64,000 bases of DNA from Mobula hypostoma (lineage: Eukaryota), in NCBI RefSeq assembly GCF_963921235.1, contig NC_086097.1:160086001-160150000 (forward strand). The letters run 5' to 3'. The notes below the pieces were generated by a model, which made no database searches, had not been told where the DNA came from, and saw nothing but the letters and a program-made list of their open reading frames with translations. A program made the position numbers and the translations under genes. This document shows, piece after piece, positions 1 to 11,809 of this stretch. Positions within the stretch are counted from its first letter, which is position 1. Each line of letters begins with the position of its first letter.

Positions 1-1248
1 AGTAGTTGTCAAGATGTTAGAGTCAATTATTAAGGATGGCGTTAGGGATACTTAGAGCACAATAGATGGAAGACAGCATGGTTTCCTTAAGGAGCACTCT
101 TACCTGACGAATCTGTGGGAATTCTTTGAAGAAATAACAGGAAAGATAGAGAACGGAGAATCAATGGGTTTTCAGAAGGTACCATACATGAGACTGCTAA
201 ACATGATAAGAGCACATGGTATTACAGGAAAGATACTAGCATGGATAGAAGATTGGCTGACTGGCAAGAGGCAAAGAATGGGAATAAAGGCGGCCTTTTC
301 TGGTTGGCTGCTGGTGACTAGTGGTAATCCACCACTGTTGGCGCTAGATCTGCTGTTTTTCATGTTGTATGTTAGATGACAGAAATAATGACTTTGTGGC
401 CAAGTTTACAGATGACTCAAAGATTTTTGTAAGAGCAGGTAATGTTGAGGAAGAAGAGCAGTGCAGTAGGACTTGGACAAATTAGAAGAATGGGCAAAGA
501 AGTGGCAGATGGAATACTGTGTGGGGAAATGTATAGTAATACACTTTGGTAGATGGAATAAAAGAGGAATAATTCAGAAACCAGAGGTGCAAAGAGACTT
601 AGGAGTCCTCTAGTGCAGGATTCCCTAAAGTTAACTTGCAGGGAGTATGGGAGGCAAATGCAATGTTAGCATGTAATGCTGAGGCTTTGTAAGGCATTTA
701 TATTGTGAGTAGTTTTGGGCCTCCCATCTAAGATTGGATGTGTTGCATTAGAGAGGCTCCAGAGGAGGTGTACAAGATTGATCCTTGGAATAAAAAGGCT
801 AATGTATGATGGGTGATTGATGGTCATAGGCCTGTACTCACTGGAGTTTAGAAGAATGAGGGGGGATCTCAATGAAACATACTAAATATTGAAAAGTCTG
901 GATGAAATGAATGTGTGGTGGACACTTCCATTAGTGGGAGAGTTTAGGGCGACAGTGCACAGCCTCAGAATAGGATAATCTTCTACAACAGCGATGAGAA
1001 AGAATTTATTTAGCCAGAGTATGGTGAGTCTGTGGGGTCCATTACTATGGACAGTTGTAGAGGCCAATTCATTTGGTATGTTTAAAGTGCAGATTACTTG
1101 GTTCTTGATTACTAAGGGCATCAAAGGTTACAGGGAGATGACAGATAAATGGGTTTGAGAGGGAAAGTAATTCAGCTATGATCGAATTGCAAAGATTTAA
1201 CAGATGAATGGCCTGATTCTATTTCTATGTCTTATGTTCTTGTGGTCT
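1..1248 (+). mobile_element. Decayed CR1 LINE, 3' part of ORF2 (RT region) and 3' UTR
   Basis: Residual CR1 RT peptide FQKVPYMRLLNMIRAHGITGKILAWIEDWLTGKRQR; many stops and frameshifts; ends in ctatgtcttatgttctt-type tail. Confidence 0.9.
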
Positions 1249-1255
1249 GAACATA

Positions 1256-2358
1256 CAGCACTGTGCACATATGTCTTAGGCACATATATAGATAGAGTAT
1301 TTGTCAACGTGGAGCAGAAAGTGAGTTTGTAAATCTGACAGGAATGAAGGATGTTGGGAATGATGAGGGTGGAGAACTGTGGGAGGTGTATGGGACTGAT
1401 AGCAGCGAAGGAGTGCCGGGGCAGGGGGCGATGCAGGTGCAGGTGCAGACACACACAACCCTCAGACACCAGGCAAGGTCACTTGATTCCAAAGAATTGG
1501 TTTATTGATCATTACAGGAAGTCTCTCTGGTGCTTCGCACACTTTCTCCTCTCCTTTCCACTTTTCCCAACCATAATTCCCCTCTCCTTGCCCCTTCCCA
1601 CTCTCAGTCCACAATAGAGACCGATATCCAAACCAGGTTTATCATCACTCACATATGTCATGAAATGTGTTTATTTTTGTGGCAGTACAGTGCAATAAAC
1701 AAAATTACTATTGTAAGGGGTTTTTTCTTTATGTTAAAATTAAAATGGCTTCTTTGTTATGTTAAATGCTGAGAAAGTTTCTAGCTAGCACTTTGCTTGG
1801 GTTATAACAGATAACAGGATAAATGAACCAATAGGTGTCCATGTTATTCTTTCTTGGGGTGTTATGCTGTCTCATATGGCTGGGAACCAGGGGGTTTTGG
1901 CGGGGAGATGGAGGAGAGACCATGAGGATGACGGATGTGTGGGAAGTTTCAGGTTGATCACTCCGGTGGTCCTGAGCTGCGAGTCGACAGGGTCAGAGTG
2001 GTCCCAAAGAGGTCCCCGAGCTCCAACGTGTGCATGAAGAAATTGAACTTTGATAAGTCTGGCGCCTTTTCCATTCCTTTTTTTGTATTGAACTTCTATT
2101 GATCTCATAGACTTAGTAATATCTATAAAGTGTAATTGGTAAAAGGTTCATCGTGTGCTGGCTGATGATTGATGTTTGAAGCTGAATCAGGTGGCAGTTG
2201 TACAGCAACCAATGTAACCGGGAGACAAGGTGGGCGTGAGACGGGATTTCCCCCAGATAAATACGAGTCAATATAGCTGAGCGTTACACTACAGTATGGT
2301 GCAAAAGGTTTAGGCTCCCTGGTTATATATATGTACACAAGACTTTTGAACAGTACTC
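1256..2358. mobile_element. Non-autonomous Tc1/mariner-type element with degenerate TIRs, interrupted by a solo LTR
   Basis: Left end TA-cagcactgtgcacatatgtcttaggcacatatata and right end tatatatgtacacaagacttttgaacagtactc-TA are imperfect inverted repeats flanked by TA; 2290-2360 is itself a short palindrome. Confidence 0.6.
1712..2288. mobile_element. Solo LTR (Gypsy-like)
   Basis: Termini TGTAA...TTACA; flanks ctat/ctac (4-bp TSD, one mismatch); removing it restores the host element. Confidence 0.7.
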
Positions 2359-2499
2359 TAATTAATCTAAATGCTGAGCCAAATATTCAAGTATGCTGAT
2401 GCAAGCACAATTGGCATTGTAGCAGTGTCAGCAGACAACTCCCTATTGACAGGAACAGCAGTGCTCACATTGGAGATACAAGACACCAAAGTTACTGGA

Positions 2500-2660
2500 T
2501 CTGGATGAACTCAGCAGTTCACATAAATTCTTTGGAGGGGAACAGACAGACAATGGTTCAGATTTAGAACCTTCACCTGAACTGGAATCAAAGCATCTGC
2601 TGTCCATTCCCCTGCATAGATGCTGGCTGACCCAGAGTTCCTCTAGTGCGCAGTGTTTAC
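2500..2660. mobile_element. Old palindromic mini-element made of two inverted PLE-type 3' termini
   Basis: ctggatgaactcagc...ggaggggaacagacag pairs imperfectly with ctgtccattcccctgc...gagttcctctag. Confidence 0.5.
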
Positions 2661-4109
2661 AGCGTTTGACTGCTCTGATGTCCCTCACAATCAGCACCAG
2701 CAATAGCACAAGGACTAGTTTGATGAGAATAAGCAAAAGATCAAGGAGCTACAAACTCAACGTATTGGATTAGAAACTCCATCACATTATAAGGGAAAAG
2801 TACATAGCTTACTTAGTTACTTACTGCCTACCTGTTACACTGTAGGCATGTAGAGAACAATGAAGGTCCTCCATCCCTAGCAGTATTCAGGGCTTCCTTC
2901 ATTGTGTCAGTGGCTTCCTCTTGGTTTTCACTACTGTCAGTCATGCATCTCCCAGGTGGAGACTCAGGAATACCATCACACTCAGATGTAGGATTCTTCA
3001 TTGCTGTTTCCATAGCAATTTCATTTGGCCAGTCAGGTTTGCTAGCCCTAAGCAGAACCCCAGAAGCTGGAGGACTGTTGCACCACTCTTGGTCTGGTCT
3101 CTGCTCTTCATTCTATTTGACATGGGTGACTATCAAGAGCAAAAGCATAAAACCCTGACTCCAGCCAGCATTGCTCTCTGGGTCATTGAGGCACGCAAGC
3201 CTGCAAACCACAAAAAGGATGAGGTCCTCTTGAGCATCAACCAAAAAGGACAGTAGCAAATCATTCTCAAATTTATCTGCCCTCAGAGATTCCTTACTAC
3301 TTTACATCTGTATGTGATGAAATGCAAGCTGTGATCATCAGTAATTGATCTACCAGTTGCCCAATCCCAATGCAGACTGAGATCAAATAACGCCGTATCA
3401 TTGCTCCAATCCTTCCCCCTACTCTTTTTCACTGTGTTCCCATTGAGGTAGAGTTAATACACAGGCCTACTGGTAAAACAGTTCAGAAACTATCCAACCC
3501 ACATTAATTTCACTTGGCAATCTCAGCTATTTAGCACAGAACATAGTTGGGGATTGCATATGGACCCAAAAGTCTTTACCAGATGATCCACTGAAGCAAA
3601 TCAGAGAATGAGCTTTGCATTAAACAGGTTGAAGTGAAAGGTGATTCAAGAGACATATTTTTCTAGTGATAGTGAAGACACAACACTAAGGTAGTACTAT
3701 GTAAAATGTACAGTGGTTCATCATTAAACTTCTTAGAAATTTTCCAGCATTGATTTCAAAAGTTCAGCATTCAAGGCTCAAAGTCAATATATTACTGACC
3801 CTAAGATTCGTTTTTGTCTGGGCATGCATAGTAAATCCAAGAAAGACAATAGAATCAATGAAATACCACACTCTCCTCCTAATGCCATGCTGAGTATATA
3901 TATCACGGGTCTCCTACAGTTAAAACAGTTCAGAACAAAAAACATGTTCATCAGGGAAAAGTTATATTTGTTTTGTGGGATGGAAACACTTGCCCAATTT
4001 ATTGAAGTAGTTAAAATTAAAATAAATTGCCAAAGGAACTCAAAGCTTTAGGCAGCATCTGTGGAGGGAAATGGACAGTTGATATTTCAGATTGAGACCC
4101 TTCATCTGG

Positions 4110-4750
4110 TTTCTGGAAAACATTTGACAAGATGCCATATCAAAGGTTACTGTGATATATCAAAGCTCATGTACATGAGTTATGCATTAAGTGAATAGAG
4201 GATTGGTTGAACAACAGGAGACAGGGAAAAGCCATAAATGTGCCTTTTCCTATTTGAAAGGATACCTCTAACAATGGGCCACAGGGTGTAATGCTGGACC
4301 TCAGCATTTTAAAAAATTTATGTCATTAGGATGAAGGCACCAAAGGTACATTTCCTAAATATTCTGATGACATAAAAACTAGTGAGAAAACTCCATTGTG
4401 AAGTTGACATAATAGGCTACAAAGGAATATAGAGATGTTAACTGTAAGTGCATAAGTTCGACCACGTGAGGATAATAGAGAGTGGTAAATTGACCATTTT
4501 GCCTTTAAAACATAAAGCAAACGTATTATGTGAATAGTGAAACACTGGAGCATGGAGAGGCAGAATGATCTGTGTGTAGTGCATGATATTTAATGCAGAG
4601 GTGAAGAGATTCCAGATAAGGTAATGAAGGATGAACATGGGCAGATGCAACTATGAGCCCAAGTTAGAATTAGAGAAGTTGTGGTCATTTTAAATAGCAA
4701 AAGTGGCTCAAGATCTGAGTATTGTACTCCTATTCCTGATTCATGTATTC
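4110..4750 (+). mobile_element. Highly decayed CR1 fragment
   Basis: Remnants of AFDKVPH and VPQGSVLGP coding (catttgacaagatgccatatc, ccacagggtgtaatgctggacc). Confidence 0.65.
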
Positions 4751-6008
4751 ATTACTAGCACAGTTGTTATGTTACTCAACAAGGTAAAGCTGTGGACCAT
4801 CGATCCATAGACATAAATTCAAATCCCATGTTGGCAACAGAGGAATGTACATTCAAGTAATTACATACATCTTGAATGATAGGCATGCAACTACTCAATT
4901 GTTAGAAGAAAAACCCTATCTGAAACACCAGTGATATTAGGAAGGAAAATCTTTTGGTCTAGTCTATATGTGAATCCAGACTCAGTGCCAATTAGAGATG
5001 GACAATAACTGCCAATATTGCAATCAATGTCTAAATTGCATGAACAAATAAATAAAAATAACTAATGGTCTGCTAGGCAAAAGGCTGGCAAGAACTTTCA
5101 CTTCTTCTCATGAACATACTTACCATATGTTGCAATTAACCACCTGATCAGTATGTGTTAGTTCATAGCTGCTCCACAGTATGGTGGAACGTCATATATA
5201 CTCAACCATGACTAATCTACTGATCTGCCTGATGTCTTTTAACTAAAGTATCTGTGGACCTGGATTCAGAGTACCAGGCTTTCTCAAAGCATTTAATTCA
5301 TGCTTGACTGAATAACAAACTGTTATCAACTGTCTGCTCAGTCGAGAAAACTGTAAAATAGCTGTTATCAACTCTTGGCCAGGCAAATGAGAACATTCAG
5401 CTCATGACCTCCTTTTCAAACTGACAGGCATACTGTTGTCATTCCCTGTTGAAACTAAAGAACGCCAAGTGATTTTGTACATTCATACCTCCCCTCGTAT
5501 TAAACTAACCATTATAGTACATGCAAGCACATGGAGATACACAATACAATTTAGCCTCTTAACATCTTACCTCATTTTAACCATTAGTACTTACACTGCA
5601 CTAGTTATATTAGTCGAATCAAAAGGTCGGGTACAGGTCAAATTGAGGCAGTGGGGTCTGGGTACCAAAACATATCGAGGTGACTGAACTGAATGTTTGG
5701 GCGATGATTTACGTGCCATGCCAGATTGAAAAAGTTAGGGTGTTGGGGCCTGAGGTAAGGGACGGGGCAGTTCAGCTCACTGCTTTGTGTCGTTAACTTA
5801 GCTCTGTATTGAACTGTGGGTCTTGGACTCTTTGTGGACTTCTGTTCACAACACTATTAACTTGTGGTTATTGCTTGCATGTTTTTTTTTCCTCTTTTCT
5901 CTGCATATTGGGGTGTTTGACAACCCTTTTATGGGTTCTTTTGGGTTCCTTTGTTTTGTGGCAGCCTGTTAGGGGGATGAATCTGAATCTCAAAGTTGTA
6001 TCATGTAT

Positions 6009-6192
6009 GCAACACATACAAAATGCTGGAGGAACTCAGCAGGCCAGGCACCAACTAAGAAAAGAGTACAGTTGACGCTTCAGGCTGAACCCCTTCAGCA
6101 GGACTCTTTCCAAGATGCTGCCTGGCCTGCCGAGTTTCTCCAGCATTTTATGTGTGTTACCCAGATTTCCAGCATCTGCAGACCTTCTCCTG
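6009..6192. mobile_element. Palindromic PLE-derived mini-element with 14-bp TSD
   Basis: aacacatacaaaatgctggaggaactcagcaggccaggca is inverted with tgcctggcctgccgagtttctccagcattttatgtgtgtt; TSD gttgtat(c/a)atgtat at 5995-6008 and 6193-6206. Confidence 0.85.
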
Positions 6193-6329
6193 GTTGTATA
6201 ATGTATACATACTTTGGTAATTAATGTACTTTGAACTTTAATTTTGAACTTTGATATATATTTTCCAGATAATGTTTCTGATATTCCATCAAAAACCTGA
6301 CATCTAAGTAAAATAAGGTAATATGCTTT

Positions 6330-7105
6330 AATGACAGTGGCTCTGACATCAACCATCATGAAATGCCTTGAAATCGGATCATGGCGCACATCACCACCAG
6401 CCTCCCACTGCACTACCACCAAAACAGGTCCATGGAGAATGTCATCTCTCTGGCTCTTCGTTCATCTGAAGGGTAAAGGCACCTATATTTGACTATTGTT
6501 TATTTATTAAACACTTCAATACTATATTTAAAAGTAAACAACACCAGACCTCTGGATCTGGGACTCATCACCTCCCTTTGCAGCTGGATCTTTGACTTCC
6601 TGAACAACAGACCATAACCAGTAAGGAATAGCAGCAACACCTCTGCCATGATTCTCTTCAGCCCTGGTGCTCCACAAGGCTGTATCCGCAGCCTCTACTC
6701 TACTCACAACCATGTGGCCACATTCTGCGCTAACTTCATCTACAGACGAAACCATCATAATGGACCAAATCTCAAATAACTGAGTCAGAATACAGGAAAG
6801 AGACAGGGAGCCAAGTGATATGAGGTCATGACAGCAACCTTTCCCTTAACGTTAGCAAATCAAAAGAACTGGTCATTGACTTCAGGAAGGGTTGGTAGTG
6901 CCCATGATCCTGTTTACATTAACAGTGATGAGGGTGAGAGCTTTGAATGCTTCAAGTTCCAATGAGTGAACATCACCACTAAATTGTCCTGCTTAAACTG
7001 CAGACACTATGGACAAGAAAACGCATCAGCATTTCTACTTCCCCAGGAGACAAGAAATTTGGCATGAACACTTCAACACTCACTTATTTTTAGACATGCT
7101 GCATC
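6330..7105 (+). mobile_element. Decayed Rex1/Babar LINE RT fragment
   Basis: Encodes VALTSTIMKCLE (Rex1 PVALTS..MKCFE motif), WIFDFL, GAPQG and KELVIDFRK. Confidence 0.8.
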
Positions 7106-7913
7106 ATCCAGTAGTTTGTATTTCACTCCAGATTACTGCATTTGCAGTCTCTTGAGTTTCAATTAATTAATCCCCACCTATCCTATGCCATTTCTGTTGA
7201 GTAGAGAATGAAAAAGCTAAGTGGAATAATTTAGCTGAGCTCAAATGACAGAGACATCAAAATGAAATACAACTATTCATTTTGGTGTGATTGAACTAAT
7301 ATTTGCAATATGAAGAATTATCAATAATTTACAAAAATGTGATTAAAAATGTTAATTACAATGATGGGAATATGATAGCTAAAGTGCACATAATAATTGT
7401 GTTGTGACTGGAATCAATAATTCAGGGCACTATGATTGAAGAAGCATGATTAAAACAAAACAAAGATTCACTCGTAAAGTTACTTTAGGATGAAGTAGTA
7501 AATTTGATTCAAAATTGGCTTAGCAGGAAAAGTCAGAGTGGTGGTAGATAGTTGCCTCTTTGACTGGAGATCTTTGACTAGAGGTGTGCTGCAGGGATCA
7601 GTGCTGGGTCCATTGTTTCTTTATAATCTCTACTATATTAATAATAGTTGTTTGATAATGTGGTGCCCTGAATCAGCAAATCTGCAGATGATACAAAAAT
7701 TGGAGGTGTAGTTGATAGCAAGGAAGACTATCAAAGCCTACAGCAGGACGAAGGGTCGCGGCCTGAAACGTCGACTGTACCTCTTCCTAGAGATGCTGCC
7801 TGGCCTGCTGTGTTCACCAGCAACTTTGATGTGGGTTACTTGAATTTCCAGCATCTGCAGAATTCCTGTTGTTTGCGTTTTTAAAATTCACTACTGCGAA
7901 GCCTCTTCCGGTG

Positions 7914-8980
7914 ATGCCTACACTGAAGAAGTTTAAATCTTCTCTTCGACGGAGTTCAGTGAAACCATCTTTCACTGCTCCCCATCTGTAATTTCTTCGG
8001 CTCTTCAACTTTTCAACCACATTTTGACTCAGACTCGCTATCACAGCCATATATCCTTTCTTGGAACGTGCCTCCATCGCCAACTTACTCCAGTTGGCTT
8101 TAGGATTCGTTTCCGAGCCTCTCAATTTGGACCTTCTGAGGATCCCAGGTACTCACATTTTATTGACTCTGCCTCTCGTCGCTTCTCCCGTCAAGCTCTG
8201 AAGGCGACCCTCTCCGCCATGAGGAGTTGTTTGGTGTCCCTATCCCAGACCCTTGCACACCTTCGGGACACTTTCTTCACCGTCTGTAATGGTCCTACCC
8301 GTTATTTCATCCTCTGTCGGATTCACACCTGCAATCGCCGTTTTTTTGACTTTGTCATGTTAGGCAAAGATCGCAAGATTCTATATCTACGGACTCCAGA
8401 GCCCGCTGGCCATGAAACTAGCAGGCATGAACTTCAGATTGCGGCCCCTGCCATTGATCTCGCCGGCTCCAACACCTCAGGGCATATTCAAAATCCGGAC
8501 TCCAGCAACGACCATGGGCACCTTCAAAGCGATTGCGCAACCACCAACTGCGACTCCAGCCTTGAACTCCAGGCCGTGTCTTTATGTGCTGCTATTGTGA
8601 CTCCCGTCTCCCCTTCCCCCACCAATACTCTGCAATCCCGTCTCCTTCAGATCCCATCGTCAGCTCCTGGGTCCTCAGAGGCTCCATCTTCCTCTCACCC
8701 CAACCCTCCCCTCTCCATTGACACCCCCAGCCTCCCCCCTCTGATTCCAGCTCATCCGTGCCGGGTCTTTACCATCCCCTCAGACCTTCAACTGTCGGAG
8801 GCAGAACGCTCTGTCCGCAATAAGGGCCTCACCTTTGTCCCCCTTCGCCCACACCTCAGCGAGTTCTGTGTTCGCCACGATGCGGAACTCTTCTTCCGCC
8901 GTCTCCGTCTCCGAGCCTACTTCTTCGGCAAGGACTCTTCCACCCCCACCAATGACCCCTTCTCTCATCTTCAACCCTCC
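7914..8980 (+). pseudogene. N-terminal part of a PLE ORF, frameshift near 7952, truncated before the RT domain
   Basis: ATG at 7914 (MPTLKKFKSSLRR); one added base joins it to the frame of the 8024 ORF; the homologous copy near 47490 reads cgacgggagttt, which supports a 1-bp deletion here. Confidence 0.75.
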
Positions 8981-9017
8981 AGTCCTGACGAACGGTCTCG
9001 GCTTGAAACGTCGACTG
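8980..9017 (+). ncRNA. Minimal type I hammerhead ribozyme motif (stem II partly mutated)
   Basis: cagtc-CTGACGA-acggtctcggctt-GAAA-cgTC-gactg; stem I cagtc/gactg is perfect. Confidence 0.7.
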
Positions 9018-10716
9018 TACCTATTCCTAGAGATGCTGCCTGGCCTGCTGCATTCACCAGCAACTTTGATGTGTGTAGCAGGACCTGGACCTGCTGGAAC
9101 AATGGGCCAATAAATGGGAGATGGAATTTAATGCAGACAAGTGTGAGGTGTTGCACTTCAGAAGGACAAAACAGGGTAGGCTATACAAAGTGAAGGGTAG
9201 GACGCTGAGGAGTACAGTGGAACAAAGGGATCTAGGAATGTAGATCCATAATTCCTTGAAACTGGTGTCACAGGTAGATAGGATCATAAAAAGACCTTTA
9301 GGCACATTGCCTTCGTAAATCACAGCACTGAGAGAAGGAGATAGGATGTTATATTGGGGTTGTATAAAACATTGATGAAGCCAAATTTTGAGTGATGTGT
9401 GCAGTTTTGGTCACCCTCCTACAGGAAAGGTATCAGTAAGATTCAAAGAGTATCAAGAAAATATATAAGGATGTTGCCACGACTTGAGGATCTGTGTGAG
9501 AGGGAAAGAATAAACAGGTCAGGATTTTATTACTTGGTTGAAGGAGAATGAGGGAAGGTTTGACAGAGGTAAACAAAATTATGAGGGGTGTAGATAAGTC
9601 AGATTTTTACCCTAGGGTTTGGGGAGACCAGAAAGGGGTCATAGGTTAAAGGTGAAAGGTGAAATATTTAAGAGCTCCTGAAAAAAACTTCTTCACTCAA
9701 GATAGTGTGAATGTGAAATAAGCTGCCAGTGGAAGTAGTGGATGCAGGATTGATTGCAATATTTAATAGAAGTTTAGGAAAGCACATGGATGGGAGGGAT
9801 ATGTAGATCTATGAGCCAGGTGCAGGTGAATGGAACTGGGCAGAATAAGAGTTTGGCATAGGCTAGATGGGCCAAAAGGCCGGTTTCTGTGCAGTAGTGC
9901 TCGAGGACGATGACTATTGTTTCAGACAAACTTAGAGTCAGGGCAAATCACTTACCAAGCTGTGCTGGTCTCTATTTGATACGGGTAAAATTCTCATGGG
10001 ACTTGACAAGATAGATATAGAGTTGATGTTTGCTGAGCTGGGATGTTTAGAACCAGCAATAGTCTCAGAATGAAGACTCAGCTACTCAAGAATTAGAGGA
10101 TTGTGAACCTTTGAAATTTTCTGCCTCAAAAGACTGCAGCGGCTGTTACTATTTCAAAACAGATCACTAGATTTTTATATATTAATGAAATGAAAATAAA
10201 TGGAAATTTAGAAATTGAGGTTTGCTGAGGCTTGAAACCAATCATGATCTTATTAATGGAATGGACACGGGGGACCAAATGTCATTCACCTGCTTCTATT
10301 TCTTGATTCTTTACTTTAATAAAGTGAGGATACAGGTGATACTCCTGTGTAGAGTGAAGAAGCTGCAGATATGGGGAGTTTAAATACTCAAAGACACAAA
10401 CAAGTTGTCTTGAAGTATGTGTATAAAAAAAATTATCCAAATTATGCAAAGGAAGAAAATAGAAGCCAAGTTAATTTTATTTAGAATGGAATTCAATTTG
10501 TTATCACTGATTCATGACATTAAATCAATTGTTTTACAGCAGCAAAGTGTAAACTTAAAATTAATATAAATTACAAAAATAAATAAATATTGGCAAAAAT
10601 GGAATAATGAGATTGTGTCCATGGGTTTATGGACCAGAGAGATCAATGTTTCTATCATTAATTGAATTGAAATTGAGAGACTAATACTCTGTTACATTTG
10701 CAATATAATCACCTGT

Positions 10717-11355
10717 TTGGAAAGATGGGAGCTTATGTTGAAATTGTGTAAGACATTGGTGAAGTCTAATTTGGAGTATTGTGCACAGTTTTGGTCACCT
10801 ACCTACAGGAGAAATGTAGATAAACATCGAAAACCTACAGCACAATACGGGTCCTTCAGCCCACAAAGCTGTGCTGAATGTGCCCATAATATAGAAATTA
10901 CCTAGGGTTACCCATAGCTCTCTATTTTTCTGAGCTCTATGTAGCTGTCCAGGAGTCTCTTAAAAAGACCCTATCGAATCCGCGTTCACCACTGTCGTCG
11001 GCAGCCCATTCCACGCACTCACCACTCTCTGCATAAAAAAAAACTTACCCCTGACATCTCCTTTGTACCTACCTTTAAGCACCTTAAAACTGTGCCCTCT
11101 CGTGCTAGTCATTTCAGCCCTGGGAAAAAGCCTCAAACTAACCACACAATCAATGCCTCTCATCATCTTATACACCTCTATCAGGTCACCTCTCATCCTC
11201 CATTGCTTCAAGGAAATAAGGCCAAGTACACTCAACCTATTCTCATAAGGTAAGCTCCCCAATCCAGGCAAAATAAGATTAAAAGACTACAGAGGAAGTT
11301 TCCAAGAAGGCTGCTGGATCTGGAAGACCTGAATTATAAGATTGAATAGGTTCAG
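10717..11355. mobile_element. Plus-strand CR1 fragment interrupted by a minus-strand CR1 3' end (about 10822-11270)
   Basis: LEYCAQFWSP on +; MPGL...RGDLIEVYKMMRG...TRGHSFK...RVVSAWNGLP on -. Confidence 0.85.
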
Positions 11356-11575
11356 ACTTTACAGCCATTTGCTTCATTATTAACCTACTTTTCAGAGCTC
11401 TACTAAAACCACACAGCTCACGTTTACCAGTTTCACGCTTGACAATCAGACTATCAGATGTTTCCTTCATTCTCTCCACCTTCACCCCCCCCACCCAACA
11501 ACTTAAAATATACTTTTCTTTACAATTCTCACATCTGAAGGGGCTATGAGCCTTAATGATACTTCCCCCATTGCT

Positions 11576-11809
11576 TGTTATGTTTTGTAACTTCAAATCA
11601 TTAAACTAATTTAAAAGAAAAGCTAGAGAGTCTGAAATACGAGTCTAACTTAGTTTTACTTTAAGCAAGGCATGCACGCATGACACGGCAGTGTGATGAC
11701 GTATGTCATTTGCGTACTTTTAAATATAACCCATAATGCATTATGTAAACAGCAAAGAATGCTTAATCAAATATATTTAAAATATCATTGAAATATTAAA
11801 TACACAACA
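11576..11809 (-). mobile_element. 3' LTR of a minus-strand LTR retroelement
   Basis: TGTT...AACA termini; adjacent ctcctccct is a polypurine tract AGGGAGGAG on the minus strand. Confidence 0.75.

Larger units (their letters stand above)
7750..9076 (+). mobile_element. Internally deleted Penelope-like element: terminal repeat, ORF N-terminus, terminal repeat
   Basis: Direct repeats at about 7750-7835 and 8981-9076; TSD agcaggac at 7742-7749 and 9077-9084; PLE N-terminal motif SEAERSV..KGLTFVP...ELFFRRLRLRAYF. Confidence 0.85.
7480..9920 (+). mobile_element. CR1 fragment split by a PLE insertion at 7750-9076
   Basis: QGSVLGPL and ADDTKIGG motifs before, and QDLDLLEQWA..W.MEFNADKCEVLHF after the insertion; CR1-like 3' UTR near 9870-9915. 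Confidence 0.85.

Noticed and set aside
8024..9193. 389-aa ORF as a host gene
   Set aside because: It is a chance read-through of the PLE N-terminus, the terminal repeat and flanking CR1 sequence
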